From an uncultured Gemmatimonadales bacterium (lineage in GTDB: Bacteria; Gemmatimonadota; Gemmatimonadetes; Longimicrobiales; RSA9): a DNA stretch of 64,000 nt. Shown in pieces: positions 28,881-39,410 of this stretch. The notes under the pieces are model-generated. The model worked only from the letters and a program-made list of their open reading frames with translations. It ran no database searches and was not told the DNA's origin. How positions within the stretch are numbered: position 1 is the stretch's first letter; every line of letters begins with the position of its first letter. A program made the translations under genes and the position numbers. Location: the NCBI GenBank assembly GCA_963783305.1, contig CAWAMW010000007.1, forward strand, positions 576,001 through 640,000, written 5' to 3'.

Positions 28881-29658
28881 CCAGATCGGGCTGGCGCTCA
28901 GGGCGTCACGCAACGTGCTGCTGGGCGCCAACCTGGCCTCGCTGCCGCTCCTGGCGCGCCCGCGAGAGCTGCTCCGCTACTCCGGCGAGACGCTCTTCCA
29001 GCGCCAGCTGGATCGGGACGGCGGCCTGCCGCGCCGGGCGGTGTTCGACGCGCTGAAGATGCGGACCACCGACGTCCGCCTGGGCAATCTCGACGGCTAC
29101 ACCTGGCTGCAGGACGAGACGTCGCCGTTCACTATCGACCTGCTCACCCTCTGCCTCTTCTGCCGGGCGCTCGAGCCGCGGACCATCTTCGAGATCGGGA
29201 CGTTCGTGGGCTACACATCACTGCATATGGCGCTGAACTCGCCGGCGGAAACCCGCGTGTTCACGCTGGACCTGCCGGCGGCGGACCGCCGCACCTCGCT
29301 CCGCACCACGGCCACCGACCACAAGCTCATCGACCGCGACGTAGGGCCGGCCGTATTCCAGGGTACCGAGGTGGATGGAAGGATCGAGCGCCTGTTCGGC
29401 GACAGCGCCACTTTCGACTTCTCCCGCTGGCACCGATCCGTGGACCTCTTTTTCGTGGATGGCGCCCACTCCTACGAATACGTGCGCTCGGACACGATGA
29501 ACGCCCTGGAGTGCGTACGGCCCGGCGGAGTAGTCGTATGGCACGACTACGGTCGGCTCGAGCAGAGCGGTGTCACCCGCTGGCTCCACGAGTTCTCCCG
29601 GGACCACGAGGTATTCGCCGTTCCGAACGGGTCCATCGCCTACCACTTCGTCCGATGA
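28867..29658 (+). CDS. Class I SAM-dependent methyltransferase (Methyltransf_24-like)
   Basis: FEIGTFVG, GDS, DLFFVDGAHSY, PGGVVVWHDY. Confidence 0.88.
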   Translation: MGLTDQIGLALRASRNVLLGANLASLPLLARPRELLRYSGETLFQRQLDRDGGLPRRAVFDALKMRTTDVRLGNLDGYTWLQDETSPFTIDLLTLCLFCRALEPRTIFEIGTFVGYTSLHMALNSPAETRVFTLDLPAADRRTSLRTTATDHKLIDRDVGPAVFQGTEVDGRIERLFGDSATFDFSRWHRSVDLFFVDGAHSYEYVRSDTMNALECVRPGGVVVWHDYGRLEQSGVTRWLHEFSRDHEVFAVPNGSIAYHFVR

Positions 29659-32102
29659 CGCGGCGAGACACGGCAGCCGGCAGGACGCCGCCGATCGTGG
29701 CTGGGAGCGACCACGCGCCGCCCGGGTGGCCCGGCGCGTGGATCGCCACCGCCCTCTACTTCGGTCTTGCGCTGATCTACTTCCTGCCGGCCTTCCTCCC
29801 AGGGGCGCACATCTACGGCAGCGACTATCTCGCGGGCGCGTATTTCGCCCACGACTTCATCTCGGAGCGCTTCGCGGCGGGATCGCTGCCGAAGTGGGTG
29901 CCGTACCTGTATGGAGGACTGCCGCTTTTCTCGAACCCCGGCAGCGCCTTCTACCCGTTCCGGTTTGTGGCGGATGCCCTCTTCCCCACTTCCCGCATCT
30001 TCCCCACCCTCTATGTGATCCAGTTCACGCTGGCGGGCGTGGGCATGTACTTCCTCTCGCGCGAGCTGGGCACCCGACGCTGGGTCGCGCTCGTGGCCGG
30101 GCTCGCGTTCGAGTTCACGGGCCTCACCATGTCCTTCGTGCTGGCGGGGCATGACGGCCGTATCATCGTCGCCACCTTCGCGCCCCTCTTCCTCTTCTTC
30201 ATCCACCACGGCGTCCGGACGGGCCGGCTGTCGGCGTTCGCGGGAATGGCCGCGGTCCTCGGCACCTCGCTCCTCTCGTTCCAGATCCAGAGCAACTACT
30301 ACCTGCTCCTCGCCGGCGCCGCGTGGGCCGCCTTCGCCCTGGTCCAGCATCGGCGTCGCCTCGGGGGCCGCGCCCTCGCCGTCCGCACCGGCCTCGGACT
30401 CGCCGCTGTGGCCGTTGCCTTCGGAATGGCGGCGGTGAATTTCCTGCCGTTCCGCGATTACGTCGACGCCTCGCCCCGCGGCGGCCCCGGCCGTGGGTAC
30501 GAGTACGCCACGAGCTGGTCCATGCCGCCCGGCGAGATAACGGGGCTCGCGCTGCCGGAGCGGTCGGGAGTGCTGGAGCTATACCAGGGCCAGAACCCGT
30601 TCAAGCTCCACACGGAGTATGTGGGCGCCGTCGTGATCCTGCTCACGCTCCTCGGGCTCTGGGTCTGTCGGCACGACCGCCGCTGGTGGTTCTTCGCTGG
30701 TCTGAGCGTGTTCGCGCTGTCCATCTCGTTCGGCGGATATACACCCCTGTACCGCCTCTATTACGCCCTGCTGCCAGGGACCGCCCGGTTCCGGGCCCCG
30801 TCCATCGCGTTCTTCCTGGTCTCTACGTCGCTGGCGATCATGGCGGCGCTCACGCTCGAGCAACTGGCAGCGCTGAAAGGCGCCGGGGAGCCGGGGGGGC
30901 CCGGAGGCAGGGCGCCCGACCGAACGCTGGACCGCGTCCCGTGGCTCCTGATGGGCGTTTCGGCGCTGGCGCTGGTCGTGCTGCTGGGATCGGCCGGCGG
31001 CGCTGGGGTGGACGCACGGGGGCAGGCGCTGGCGCAGGGGGCGTTCCGACTGGCGGTGGTGACGTGGCTCGCGGCGGGGGCGCTCTGGCTGTGGCTCAAA
31101 GGCTCCATCGGGCCGCGACTCATCACGGCGACGCTGGCCCTCCTGGTGGTAGGCGACCTCTGGATTGTGGACCGCCGGTTCTTCGAGACGGTGGAGCCGC
31201 CGGAGTACATGTTCGCGGCGGACGGCGTGGTCGAGACGCTGAAGGCGCAACCGCAGCCGTTCCGGGTCTGGGTCCTCCCCTTCGCGGGCGCGGGTGGGCA
31301 GCCGTACCGGGGCCACGGCAACTACCTGATGCACCACGATATCGAGCAGGCCGGCGGCGAGCACGGCAACCACATCCAGCGCTGGGGCGAGTTCGTGGGC
31401 GCCGGCGAGCAGACGTACGTGGACTGGTCCAACTTCATCGGTGACCTCCAGCGCCTGGTGGAAGCGCCACCGGGTGCCGCACCGTCCGCCCACTTCCTGT
31501 CCGCCGCCAACGTTCGTTACATCGTCAGCATGGTTCGACTCCCGGGGCTCCGCGAAATCTACAGTGGTCCGGAGGCTCTCATCTACGAGGTGCCGGGGGC
31601 GCTCCCCCGCGCCTGGCTCGCCGGAAGCGCCGTCATCGCGGAGAGCACCGACGAGGTGCTGCGCCTGTTCGAGAGCCCCGAGTTCGATCCTGCCACCACC
31701 GTGGTGCTCCCGGAGGCCCTGCCGGAGCCGCTGCCCGCACCCCCACGCGCCGGCCTCGACTCCGCCTCCGCAGACGCCGGAACCGCCCAGGTGGTCGAGC
31801 ACGACCCGGACCGCGTGCGCGTCCGCACCGCCGCCGTCCGCCGATCCATGCTCGTCCTCGCCGACAACTACTATCCGGGGTGGGAAGCCGCCGTGGACGG
31901 AGCGCCCGCGCCGATCCACCGGGTGGACCACACGCTGCGCGGCGTACTCGTGCCGGCCGGGAGCCACGACGTCGTGTTCGAGTTCCGGCCGCCCAGCCTC
32001 CGTCGTGGCCTTTGGGTGTCACTCCTTTCGACGCTCCTCGTGCTCGTGGCCGCCACAGCCCCTGCCGCCCTGCCACGGCTTCGACGGCGGGAAGCGGAGT
32101 GA
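29655..32102 (+). CDS. YfhO-like polytopic membrane protein (GT-C fold candidate)
   Basis: P.W.PY.YGG.P, YVG, .FRAP, many TM segments; C-terminal LADNYYPGWEA.VDG....I.RVD..LRG...PAG.H.V.F.F.P. Confidence 0.82.
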   Translation: MTRRDTAAGRTPPIVAGSDHAPPGWPGAWIATALYFGLALIYFLPAFLPGAHIYGSDYLAGAYFAHDFISERFAAGSLPKWVPYLYGGLPLFSNPGSAFYPFRFVADALFPTSRIFPTLYVIQFTLAGVGMYFLSRELGTRRWVALVAGLAFEFTGLTMSFVLAGHDGRIIVATFAPLFLFFIHHGVRTGRLSAFAGMAAVLGTSLLSFQIQSNYYLLLAGAAWAAFALVQHRRRLGGRALAVRTGLGLAAVAVAFGMAAVNFLPFRDYVDASPRGGPGRGYEYATSWSMPPGEITGLALPERSGVLELYQGQNPFKLHTEYVGAVVILLTLLGLWVCRHDRRWWFFAGLSVFALSISFGGYTPLYRLYYALLPGTARFRAPSIAFFLVSTSLAIMAALTLEQLAALKGAGEPGGPGGRAPDRTLDRVPWLLMGVSALALVVLLGSAGGAGVDARGQALAQGAFRLAVVTWLAAGALWLWLKGSIGPRLITATLALLVVGDLWIVDRRFFETVEPPEYMFAADGVVETLKAQPQPFRVWVLPFAGAGGQPYRGHGNYLMHHDIEQAGGEHGNHIQRWGEFVGAGEQTYVDWSNFIGDLQRLVEAPPGAAPSAHFLSAANVRYIVSMVRLPGLREIYSGPEALIYEVPGALPRAWLAGSAVIAESTDEVLRLFESPEFDPATTVVLPEALPEPLPAPPRAGLDSASADAGTAQVVEHDPDRVRVRTAAVRRSMLVLADNYYPGWEAAVDGAPAPIHRVDHTLRGVLVPAGSHDVVFEFRPPSLRRGLWVSLLSTLLVLVAATAPAALPRLRRREAE

Positions 32103-33079
32103 CCCGAGCCCGCCCACCGCTCCTGCGGACGGTCCTGGCCACCGTCCTGATCGGGGCCACGCTCGTATTCCTCGGGCTGGCCATCGCCCGAAACTGGACG
32201 CAGATCGCCTCGTTCGAATGGAGCATTCAGCCCTTCGAGCTCGCCCTCAGCGTGCTCATCCTCATTGGGGCCATGGCATGGGGCGTCTTCGTCTGGCACC
32301 GGGTCATCGCCCGCTTCGAGGCCCCAGGGCTCAAACTCCGCGCTCTCCTCTGGATCTGGTTCCTCTCCAACCTCGCCCGGTACGTGCCCGGCAAGATCTG
32401 GCAGTTCGTGGGCGCCGTTCAGCTCGGACGCAGAGCGGGCGTGCCGCCCTCCGTCATCCTCACCTCTCTCGTGATCCACACCGGCCTGACACTCGTTTCC
32501 GCGGCGCTCGTCTCCCTGCTGGCCCTCCCCGTGGTCCTCGAAGAGCTGGGGGCCACCGGCGCGGCGTTCCTGGTGGTGGCGGCGGGGTCCGGGGTGCTCC
32601 TGGTTCATCCGGCGGTGCTCAACCTCGGGCTCCGCTTGATCCCCGACCGGCTGGCCGCGGAAGGCCTCACATGGACCGGGTCCTGGGGCGACGGCATCCG
32701 GCTCCTGGCCCTCTCCACCGTCGCATGGCTCATCTACGGCACGGCCTTCGCCCTGTTCGCCGATTCTCTCGTCGGCATCCCTCTCACCCTCGCCCCCGCC
32801 CTCATCGCGGCCAACGCCCTCGCCTTCCTCGTAGGCTACATGGTGCTGGTCTCCCCCGGCGGCCTCGGCGCACGCGAAGCCGCCCTCGCCCTCATGCTCG
32901 GGCCCATCGGATCCCTCGGGGTCGCCGCGGTCGTGGCGGTGGCCTTCCGTCTCTGGCTCATCCTCGCGGAGCTGCTGGGGGCCGCTCTCGTGTCGCTGGT
33001 GCCCGGCGCGCGCCCGCCCGACGGTCCGGGCCCGGCCGGGCCCGGCGGTGCCGAAGAAGAGGCGTTCAGCGAAGCCTGA
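32099..33079 (+). CDS. Lysylphosphatidylglycerol synthase TM-domain (flippase-like) protein
   Basis: NLARYVPGKIW, PGGLGAREA, FRLW motifs; multiple TM segments; GTG overlaps the yfhO stop. Confidence 0.8.
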   Translation: MTRARPPLLRTVLATVLIGATLVFLGLAIARNWTQIASFEWSIQPFELALSVLILIGAMAWGVFVWHRVIARFEAPGLKLRALLWIWFLSNLARYVPGKIWQFVGAVQLGRRAGVPPSVILTSLVIHTGLTLVSAALVSLLALPVVLEELGATGAAFLVVAAGSGVLLVHPAVLNLGLRLIPDRLAAEGLTWTGSWGDGIRLLALSTVAWLIYGTAFALFADSLVGIPLTLAPALIAANALAFLVGYMVLVSPGGLGAREAALALMLGPIGSLGVAAVVAVAFRLWLILAELLGAALVSLVPGARPPDGPGPAGPGGAEEEAFSEA

Positions 33080-34121
33080 GGTCCGACGAAGACAGCGCGT
33101 GCGACCGCATCAGCGCCAGCGCGTCACGCGGAGACCCCGGCGCTCGACGCCAGAACCGCCGCCGCTTTCGCACCGTGCCCGGAAGCCGCAGAAGCGCCCC
33201 CGACCATGCCCGCAACAGGGTTCGGATGATCGTGAGCTTCGACGGCATCGCCACCCGGAGCGCTCCTTCCGGTTCCGCCTTCGAGCCACGGGACTGCCAT
33301 GCCAGCCGCGCCAGGCGCCGGAGCGTGTGAAGCATCGAGATTGGCCAGTACCACACCGGGAGCAGCTTGAAGATCGTGGTGAGACGGTTTCGCTCGCCGT
33401 AATACAGCTTGAGAGGCGAGTACCGGCGGGTGCTGAGTGACCGCTGGTGCCGCGCCACGGCACCCTCCGCGAAGACCGTCCGATGGCCCAGCAGGTGGAA
33501 CCGCAGGAAGAAATCCGTCTCCTCGAAGAAGAGGAAGTAATCCTCATCGAAGTCGATCTCACCGAGCGCTTCCCGACGGAAGCACATGACGGCGCCGTAG
33601 CTCCCGAACGCGCCCTCCCGCCCCGGAGCCACCGCACCGGGGCTGTACCGCTCCCCGGAAGCCACGTTCTGCGCGTGGAGATCCGCGAAAAAGCGCACCC
33701 CCAGCGAGTTGACCACCGGCGGATCCGTCGCCTCGAGCACCAGCGTCGCGACCGCGTCCGCACCCGGATCCGCGTCCAGCGCCATAACGGCGGCCGTCGC
33801 CCAGCCCGGATCGAACACCAGGTCCATGTTGCAGAGCACGACGATCGGGCTCTCCGCGCGCTCCAGCAGCCGGTTCAGCGCGCCCGCGTACCCCAGGTTC
33901 CGCGCCGACTGGACTACATCCACATCCGGGAATGCCTCCGCTACTGCGGCCGCCGACCCATCGCTCGACGCGTTGTCGAACACCCGCACCCGGCACTCCG
34001 GCCCCTCCTGCAACCGGATCGATCGCACGCACTCCGTCAGCGCCGCGCCGCCGTTGAAATTGACGACACCAAACTCGACCACGGGCGTGCGATCCGACGG
34101 CAAATCAGCCATAGAAGTCAC
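33066..34121 (-). CDS. GT2 family glycosyltransferase (rhamnosyltransferase-like)
   Basis: VVNFN, DNASSDGS, NLGYAGA.N, NMD, FDEDYFLFFEETD, RN motif. Start may instead be ATG 34112. Confidence 0.85.
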   Translation of the reverse strand: MTSMADLPSDRTPVVEFGVVNFNGGAALTECVRSIRLQEGPECRVRVFDNASSDGSAAAVAEAFPDVDVVQSARNLGYAGALNRLLERAESPIVVLCNMDLVFDPGWATAAVMALDADPGADAVATLVLEATDPPVVNSLGVRFFADLHAQNVASGERYSPGAVAPGREGAFGSYGAVMCFRREALGEIDFDEDYFLFFEETDFFLRFHLLGHRTVFAEGAVARHQRSLSTRRYSPLKLYYGERNRLTTIFKLLPVWYWPISMLHTLRRLARLAWQSRGSKAEPEGALRVAMPSKLTIIRTLLRAWSGALLRLPGTVRKRRRFWRRAPGSPRDALALMRSHALSSSDLRLR

Positions 34122-34205
34122 ATTAGATGTGTAATGCTAAGGTCTTGTCCAACACCGGCTTGAATGATGTGCCATAACCCTGTTTCAGCCCCGGACGTCG
34201 GCGGA

Positions 34206-35219
34206 TCAGGATCGCGCGTCGCCACCATCGGAGGGGGGCGACCCCGCGCCGATCCGGCGCCGGATGGCATCGAGCTCCGCGTGCTGGTTCGCCATCATCT
34301 CCGCCACCAGGCCGAAGCCCACGAGCAGAAACCCCAGCGTCTCCAGGAGGATCACCAGGTAGAGGAGCGGCCGGAACCCGAAGGGCGGCATGGCGTGGAT
34401 CACTCGCAGGACGATGGTCACGAGGCCTACCATCACGCCGAGGCCAGCCATGACGAGGCCGCTCAGGCCGAAGAAGAGCATCGGCTTGCGGGAGAAGAAC
34501 AGGAAGAAGGCGACGGAAAGGAGGTCGAGCACCCCCACCACGATGCGGCTCCGGCCGGAGTACTTGGCAACGCCGTGGCGGCGCGGGTGGAGCGTGATGT
34601 CGATCTCCGTGACCGTGAATCCCCGGTCGTAGGCCAGAACGACGAAGAAGCGGTGCCAGTCATGGCGCAGCGGCACTTCCCGGAGGACATGGCTGCGGAA
34701 GGCCTTCATCGAGTTCAGGTCCGAGACGGGGACCTTGAAGAGGGCGCGGCTCAGGCGATTGTACGTGCTCGAGACCACCTTCTTCTCATAGGGTCCGATC
34801 TTCCGGCCGGTGACGATGTCCCAGCCTTCCCCCAGCTTGTCGAGGAATCGGGGGATGTCGTCGGTGTCGTGCTGGAGGTCCGCGTCGAAAAGGACGAGCC
34901 ACTCGGCGTCGGTGGCCGCGGCGCCGGTCATCAATGCCTCGGTCTTGCCGAAGTTGCGGCGGTGCCGAACCACCCTGAACCGGTCCCAGTCCGCGGTTTC
35001 CGACTCCGCTCGCTCGGCCGTGCCGTCGGTGGAGCCGTCGTCCACGAGGATGACCTCACCCTCCAGGTCGTGGGCATCCCAGGTGGCCCGGAGCTCCCGG
35101 ACCAGATCGGGGATGTTGTCGGCCTCGTTCAACGCGGGGATGATGACGGCGAAGCGCTGCCGCACCCGCGGCTCCAGCGTTCCCCGCCCGGCCCCGGGCT
35201 CCTGCGTCGCCTCGCTCAT
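34206..35219 (-). CDS. GT2 polyprenyl-phosphate glycosyltransferase (ArnC/DPM-like) with C-terminal TM segments
   Basis: IPALNE, VDDGSTDGT, RNFGK, DADLQ, HRF, PRRHG..KY, two C-terminal TM segments. Confidence 0.88.
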   Translation of the reverse strand: MSEATQEPGAGRGTLEPRVRQRFAVIIPALNEADNIPDLVRELRATWDAHDLEGEVILVDDGSTDGTAERAESETADWDRFRVVRHRRNFGKTEALMTGAAATDAEWLVLFDADLQHDTDDIPRFLDKLGEGWDIVTGRKIGPYEKKVVSSTYNRLSRALFKVPVSDLNSMKAFRSHVLREVPLRHDWHRFFVVLAYDRGFTVTEIDITLHPRRHGVAKYSGRSRIVVGVLDLLSVAFFLFFSRKPMLFFGLSGLVMAGLGVMVGLVTIVLRVIHAMPPFGFRPLLYLVILLETLGFLLVGFGLVAEMMANQHAELDAIRRRIGAGSPPSDGGDARS

Positions 35220-35291
35220 GGGGGTGAGTATGGAACGGAAGGAGTGGCAATGCCAGTGGACGCGGAAAGCCGGAGGCCGCCGCAGACGCCG

Positions 35292-36734
35292 CTAGACCCG
35301 CTTCCGCATGCGAGCCGACAGAATGCCGAGCTGGTCACGGTACTTGGCCACCGTCCGGCGAGCGATCTGGATCCCCTCCTCCTTCAGCACGTTGACGATC
35401 GACTGATCGGTCAGCGGCTTCTTCGGATCCTCGTTCTCCACCAGGATCTCGATCTTGGCCTTGATGCCGCGGGCGCTCACGTCCTCCCCGCTGTCCGTGG
35501 ACAGGCCGCTGGAGAAGAAGAACTTGAGAGGCAGCACGCCCCGCGGAGTCTGCACGTACTTCTCGTTCGTGACCCGCGAGACCGTGGACTCGTGCATCTC
35601 GATGACCTCGGCCACCTCCCGCAACGTGAGCGGCTTCAGGTACTGCACACCGCGCTCGAAGTACTCGCGTTGACGGTCCACGATGAAGTTCATGACCTTG
35701 AGCATGGTCTGGCGACGCTGCTCGATGGCCTGGATCATCCAGTTGGCGCTGTTCAGCTTGTTGCTGATGAACTCCTTGTTCTCCCCCTTGAACTTGCCCT
35801 TGTCCCGGGCGATCTCACGATAGGCGCGCGACAGCTTGAGCCGCGGCATGCTCGTGTCGTTCAGGAAGACGTGATACGTGCCGTCGATCTTGTCCACGAT
35901 CAGGTCCGGCGTGATGTAGTTGTCGGCAGGAGCCGCGTACTTCAGTCCGGGTTTCGGATCGAGCTTGGCAATCTCGTCCGCCGCGGACTGCACCTCCTTG
36001 GCGGAGATCGACAGGTCCTTCGAGATCTCGCTCCAGCGGTGGTTCACCAGCTCATCGAAATACTGGTCCACGATCCGATAGGTGAGGGAGTCCTCGAGCT
36101 CCTCGTCCTGGAGCTGCAGCAGGATGCACTCCCGCAGGTCGCGCGCACCGATCCCCGGGGGATCGAACCGCTGGATCCGCTGAAGCAGCGCTTCGGCCTC
36201 GGCCACCTCATAGGGCTCCAGCGTCTCATCCTCCTGCGTCCAGGCATCGCCGTGGTCCTCGACCCACTCGTTGAGCCCCGTCACGACCTCGTCCAGCGAA
36301 CACGCCAGGAAGCCCTCGTCCTCGATGTTGCCGACGATTTCCTCGCCCAGCAGCACCTCCCGCGGCGACAGCCGGAGCAGCTTCAGCTGGTCCAGCAGGT
36401 GGTCGGCGAGGTCGCGGCTCTCCACCCGCACGGGCTCGTAGTACTCCTTCTGCTCGTACTCCTGCTTCCGACCCCCCGCGTCGAAACCGTCCAGGAGGAT
36501 CTCCTCCCAGTCGATCTCCTCTTCCTCCTTCTCATCCTTCGCCTCCAGGTCCTCGGCCTCCACCAGCGGCTCCTCGAGGTCGAGGAATGGGTTGTTCAGC
36601 ATCTCCTGCTTGATGTGCTGCTGAAGGTCCATGAGAGGCATATACAGGAGGTCCATCGCCTGATACAGGCGAGGATTGATCTTCATCTCCTGCTTCATCT
36701 GGGTGCCCTGGTAGAGCCCCGTCTTGATACTCAT
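35292..36734 (-). CDS. rpoN: RNA polymerase sigma-54 factor
   Basis: [27 protein letters not shown], RpoN box ARRTVAKYR. Confidence 0.98.
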   Translation of the reverse strand: MSIKTGLYQGTQMKQEMKINPRLYQAMDLLYMPLMDLQQHIKQEMLNNPFLDLEEPLVEAEDLEAKDEKEEEEIDWEEILLDGFDAGGRKQEYEQKEYYEPVRVESRDLADHLLDQLKLLRLSPREVLLGEEIVGNIEDEGFLACSLDEVVTGLNEWVEDHGDAWTQEDETLEPYEVAEAEALLQRIQRFDPPGIGARDLRECILLQLQDEELEDSLTYRIVDQYFDELVNHRWSEISKDLSISAKEVQSAADEIAKLDPKPGLKYAAPADNYITPDLIVDKIDGTYHVFLNDTSMPRLKLSRAYREIARDKGKFKGENKEFISNKLNSANWMIQAIEQRRQTMLKVMNFIVDRQREYFERGVQYLKPLTLREVAEVIEMHESTVSRVTNEKYVQTPRGVLPLKFFFSSGLSTDSGEDVSARGIKAKIEILVENEDPKKPLTDQSIVNVLKEEGIQIARRTVAKYRDQLGILSARMRKRV

Positions 36735-37945
36735 ACAGTCTCCGGCTTGCGGTATCGCTCTCGCATTCGCTCCGTCAACGTGGGACCGAAGTAGATCTCG
36801 GCCACGTCGTCATTCCACACCAGCTCGGCCACGGTGCCCGAGACCCGGACGCGGCCATCGTACATAATGTACGCCCGGTCGACGATCTCCAACGTCTGCT
36901 CGACGTTGTGATCGCTGATGATCACGCCGATCCCCCTGTGCCTCAGCTCCGCCACGATCTGCTGGATGTCGTGCACGGCAATGGGGTCCACGCCGGCGAA
37001 CGGCTCATCCAGCAGCATGAACTTCGGCTCGCTGACCAGTGCCCTCGTGATCTCCAGCCGGCGCCGCTCCCCACCCGAGAGGGAGTACGCCTTCGCTTTC
37101 CGCAGCGGCTTCAGCCCCAGCTCATCCAGCAGCCGCTCGAGCCGCGTCTTTCGCTCGGCCTTCGGCAGGTCCATGGTCTCCAGGATCGCCCGGATGTTGT
37201 CCTCGACCGACAGCTTCCTGAAGATCGAGGGCTCCTGCGCCAGGTAACCAATCCCGTACCGGGCCCGCTTGTACATGGGGGTCTCGGTCAGCTCCCGGTC
37301 ATCCAGGTACACCCGCCCGCGGTCTGGCCGGATCAGCCCCACCACCATGTAGAACGTCGTGGTCTTCCCCGCGCCGTTCGGACCCAGAAGTCCCACGATT
37401 TCGCCCTGGGAGACCTGGACGCTGACCTCATTCACCACTTTCCGTTTCCGGTAGCTCTTGACCAGGTTCTCCGACCGGAGCGTGCTGTCGGTGGCGCGGC
37501 GCGCCGCACCCTCGGGCCGAGGCGCGGTGGGACGGTGGTCATCTTCTAACAAGTTCCGTACCACCACGTCGAGCTCCGTCAGCAGCGCCTCCCGGCGCCC
37601 CGCGATTCGTTCCCATATGCCGGGCTCGACCCGAACCCGCTGCCACTCGTCGAGCGAGGGCTCGGGCCGGACCAGGTCCTGCTGTGCGGCGCGGGAAAGG
37701 ACGTGGTCACGGAGGTAGCGTGCAAGCTGCTGCGATGACTCCACGTCGTCGGCCTGGCCGCCTCGCATGATGGCCTGGTCCGGGCTCAGCCGCGCGTGCG
37801 CCGCGCGCACTGCGGTCACCCATTCCGTACGCTCCACCACGCCCTCTTCATCGGCGTGGCGCACCAGCTCTACCAGTGCCAACGCGACGGAACCGTCATG
37901 GCGGCTGATCCCGGCCAGGTACTCTCTCAATTGGTCCACCGTCAT
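36731..37945 (-). CDS. lptB: LPS export ABC ATPase LptB with an ~155-aa N-terminal extension
   Basis: [44 protein letters not shown]; located between lptA and rpoN. Confidence 0.92.
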   Translation of the reverse strand: MTVDQLREYLAGISRHDGSVALALVELVRHADEEGVVERTEWVTAVRAAHARLSPDQAIMRGGQADDVESSQQLARYLRDHVLSRAAQQDLVRPEPSLDEWQRVRVEPGIWERIAGRREALLTELDVVVRNLLEDDHRPTAPRPEGAARRATDSTLRSENLVKSYRKRKVVNEVSVQVSQGEIVGLLGPNGAGKTTTFYMVVGLIRPDRGRVYLDDRELTETPMYKRARYGIGYLAQEPSIFRKLSVEDNIRAILETMDLPKAERKTRLERLLDELGLKPLRKAKAYSLSGGERRRLEITRALVSEPKFMLLDEPFAGVDPIAVHDIQQIVAELRHRGIGVIISDHNVEQTLEIVDRAYIMYDGRVRVSGTVAELVWNDDVAEIYFGPTLTERMRERYRKPETV

Positions 37946-39408
37946 CTCCCTGCCTCGTCCGCCCCCACCGGCGTCGGCGGGGGCTCCCCGTCGCGCGGCG
38001 CCCCCCCGGCCGGGTCCAGATACAGTCCTTCGATCGGGCCCTCCGCTTCTACCCTTGCCACGTCGCCCTGCTCCATGAAGAGCACGATTCGGCGCGCCCG
38101 CATGAAGTTCAGCGAAGCCGCAGCCGTCCCTTCGCCGGCGGTCCGATACAACGACAGCGCGTTCCCTGCCCCACCCACCACGACGATCCGCTCGAGGACC
38201 ACCTCGGGGTCCTTCTTCGTCTCCGTGTCCCCACCGACGCGGGCCACGTCCACGTTCACGTTCACGTCCAGATCCTCGTCCTCGTCCGCCTCGTGTCGGC
38301 GCCCGGGGTCCGCCTCCGACCGGGCGAAGAACGCGAGGACGGTGTCGCCCTGGATCCAGTCCCGGGCGAGGTCGAGCGGCAGGGGACGTCCGCTCGCGGG
38401 GACCTCGACATCGCGCTCGCCGTACGCGCGACCTACCGCCCGCAGCTCGCGAATCCCCAGCGAATCCGCCTGCGCGTGGATGGAGTCGGCCCGAAGCCGG
38501 AAATCACGCGCTGCCGCCCGGGCGCGGGGTGCGCCGGAGACACGATCGGGGTTCCAGGCCTCCAGCCCCTCCACGTCCCCATCGGCGAAGGCGATCCGGA
38601 CCCGCTGGGCCCGGACGTCAAGGTCCTCCGAGGTGACGCGGGCGGCGCCGTCGGAGATGACCTCCCGGAGCCCGTCACCCTCGAGGAAGGCGTCGATACG
38701 GTTTCCCTGGAGGCGGTACGCATCGTTCTCCACGAACGCCCGTTCCGTGAGGGTCATGCGCTCTGCAGCCTGGTCGAACAGGGCGGTTCGGCCGCCCCCG
38801 ACCATGTCCCCCCGAGTGATCTCCACATCGCCCTGGGCACGGAAGATCGACTCTCCCTCGAGCTCGATCCGGTCCGCCCACACCTCCGTGGGCACCGCGT
38901 CGTCCTCGCTCCCGGGGCCGGGCGGTCCCTCACCGACTTCTTCCGGGGGCATCACGGCGTGGGGACGGGTGCCCGTGACGATCATCCGGGCCACGGGGCG
39001 TTCCTCGTTCTCACGGAGGTAGTTGAGATTGTCGCCCTCCATGACCGCGCCTCTGCGGAGGTCCCGGAGGACGGTGGAGCCGCGGGCGAGGAGCTGGTCC
39101 ATGCGCCCCAGGTAATTTGCCCAGTCGGCGGTGAGCTGGCGGGTGCTGTCCCGGTACACCACACTGCCCACGAGCTCCACGGATGAGGCGACGCGGTTCA
39201 CTACCGCGCTGTCGGCCTCCAAACGGACGCCTCCGCTGCACAGGAATCGGACCGGGTCGCCGAAGTACACCAGCTCCTCGCCGCGCCTGTTGATGAGACG
39301 GCGGAAATCGGAGGGGAGGACCTGGCGGCACGTCCGGGCCTGCGCCTCGAGGATGCCGGGGACGAGGGTGAAGCAGAGTGCGACGGCGACCGCCCACGGC
39401 CGTCGCAT
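37942..39408 (-). CDS. Extended LptA/OstA-like periplasmic beta-jellyroll protein
   Basis: Signal peptide, repeated L.ADS / G.V / GD.I beta motifs; position between lptC and lptB. Confidence 0.72.
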   Translation of the reverse strand: MRRPWAVAVALCFTLVPGILEAQARTCRQVLPSDFRRLINRRGEELVYFGDPVRFLCSGGVRLEADSAVVNRVASSVELVGSVVYRDSTRQLTADWANYLGRMDQLLARGSTVLRDLRRGAVMEGDNLNYLRENEERPVARMIVTGTRPHAVMPPEEVGEGPPGPGSEDDAVPTEVWADRIELEGESIFRAQGDVEITRGDMVGGGRTALFDQAAERMTLTERAFVENDAYRLQGNRIDAFLEGDGLREVISDGAARVTSEDLDVRAQRVRIAFADGDVEGLEAWNPDRVSGAPRARAAARDFRLRADSIHAQADSLGIRELRAVGRAYGERDVEVPASGRPLPLDLARDWIQGDTVLAFFARSEADPGRRHEADEDEDLDVNVNVDVARVGGDTETKKDPEVVLERIVVVGGAGNALSLYRTAGEGTAAASLNFMRARRIVLFMEQGDVARVEAEGPIEGLYLDPAGGAPRDGEPPPTPVGADEAGR

Positions 39409-39410
39409 GC

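Noticed and set aside
34164..36794. Long antisense or alternate-frame ORFs (for example 876 aa here, 782 aa at 17630, 584 aa at 42664)
   Set aside because: They lie opposite well-supported genes, lack motifs, and are expected from stop-codon scarcity in high-GC DNA.
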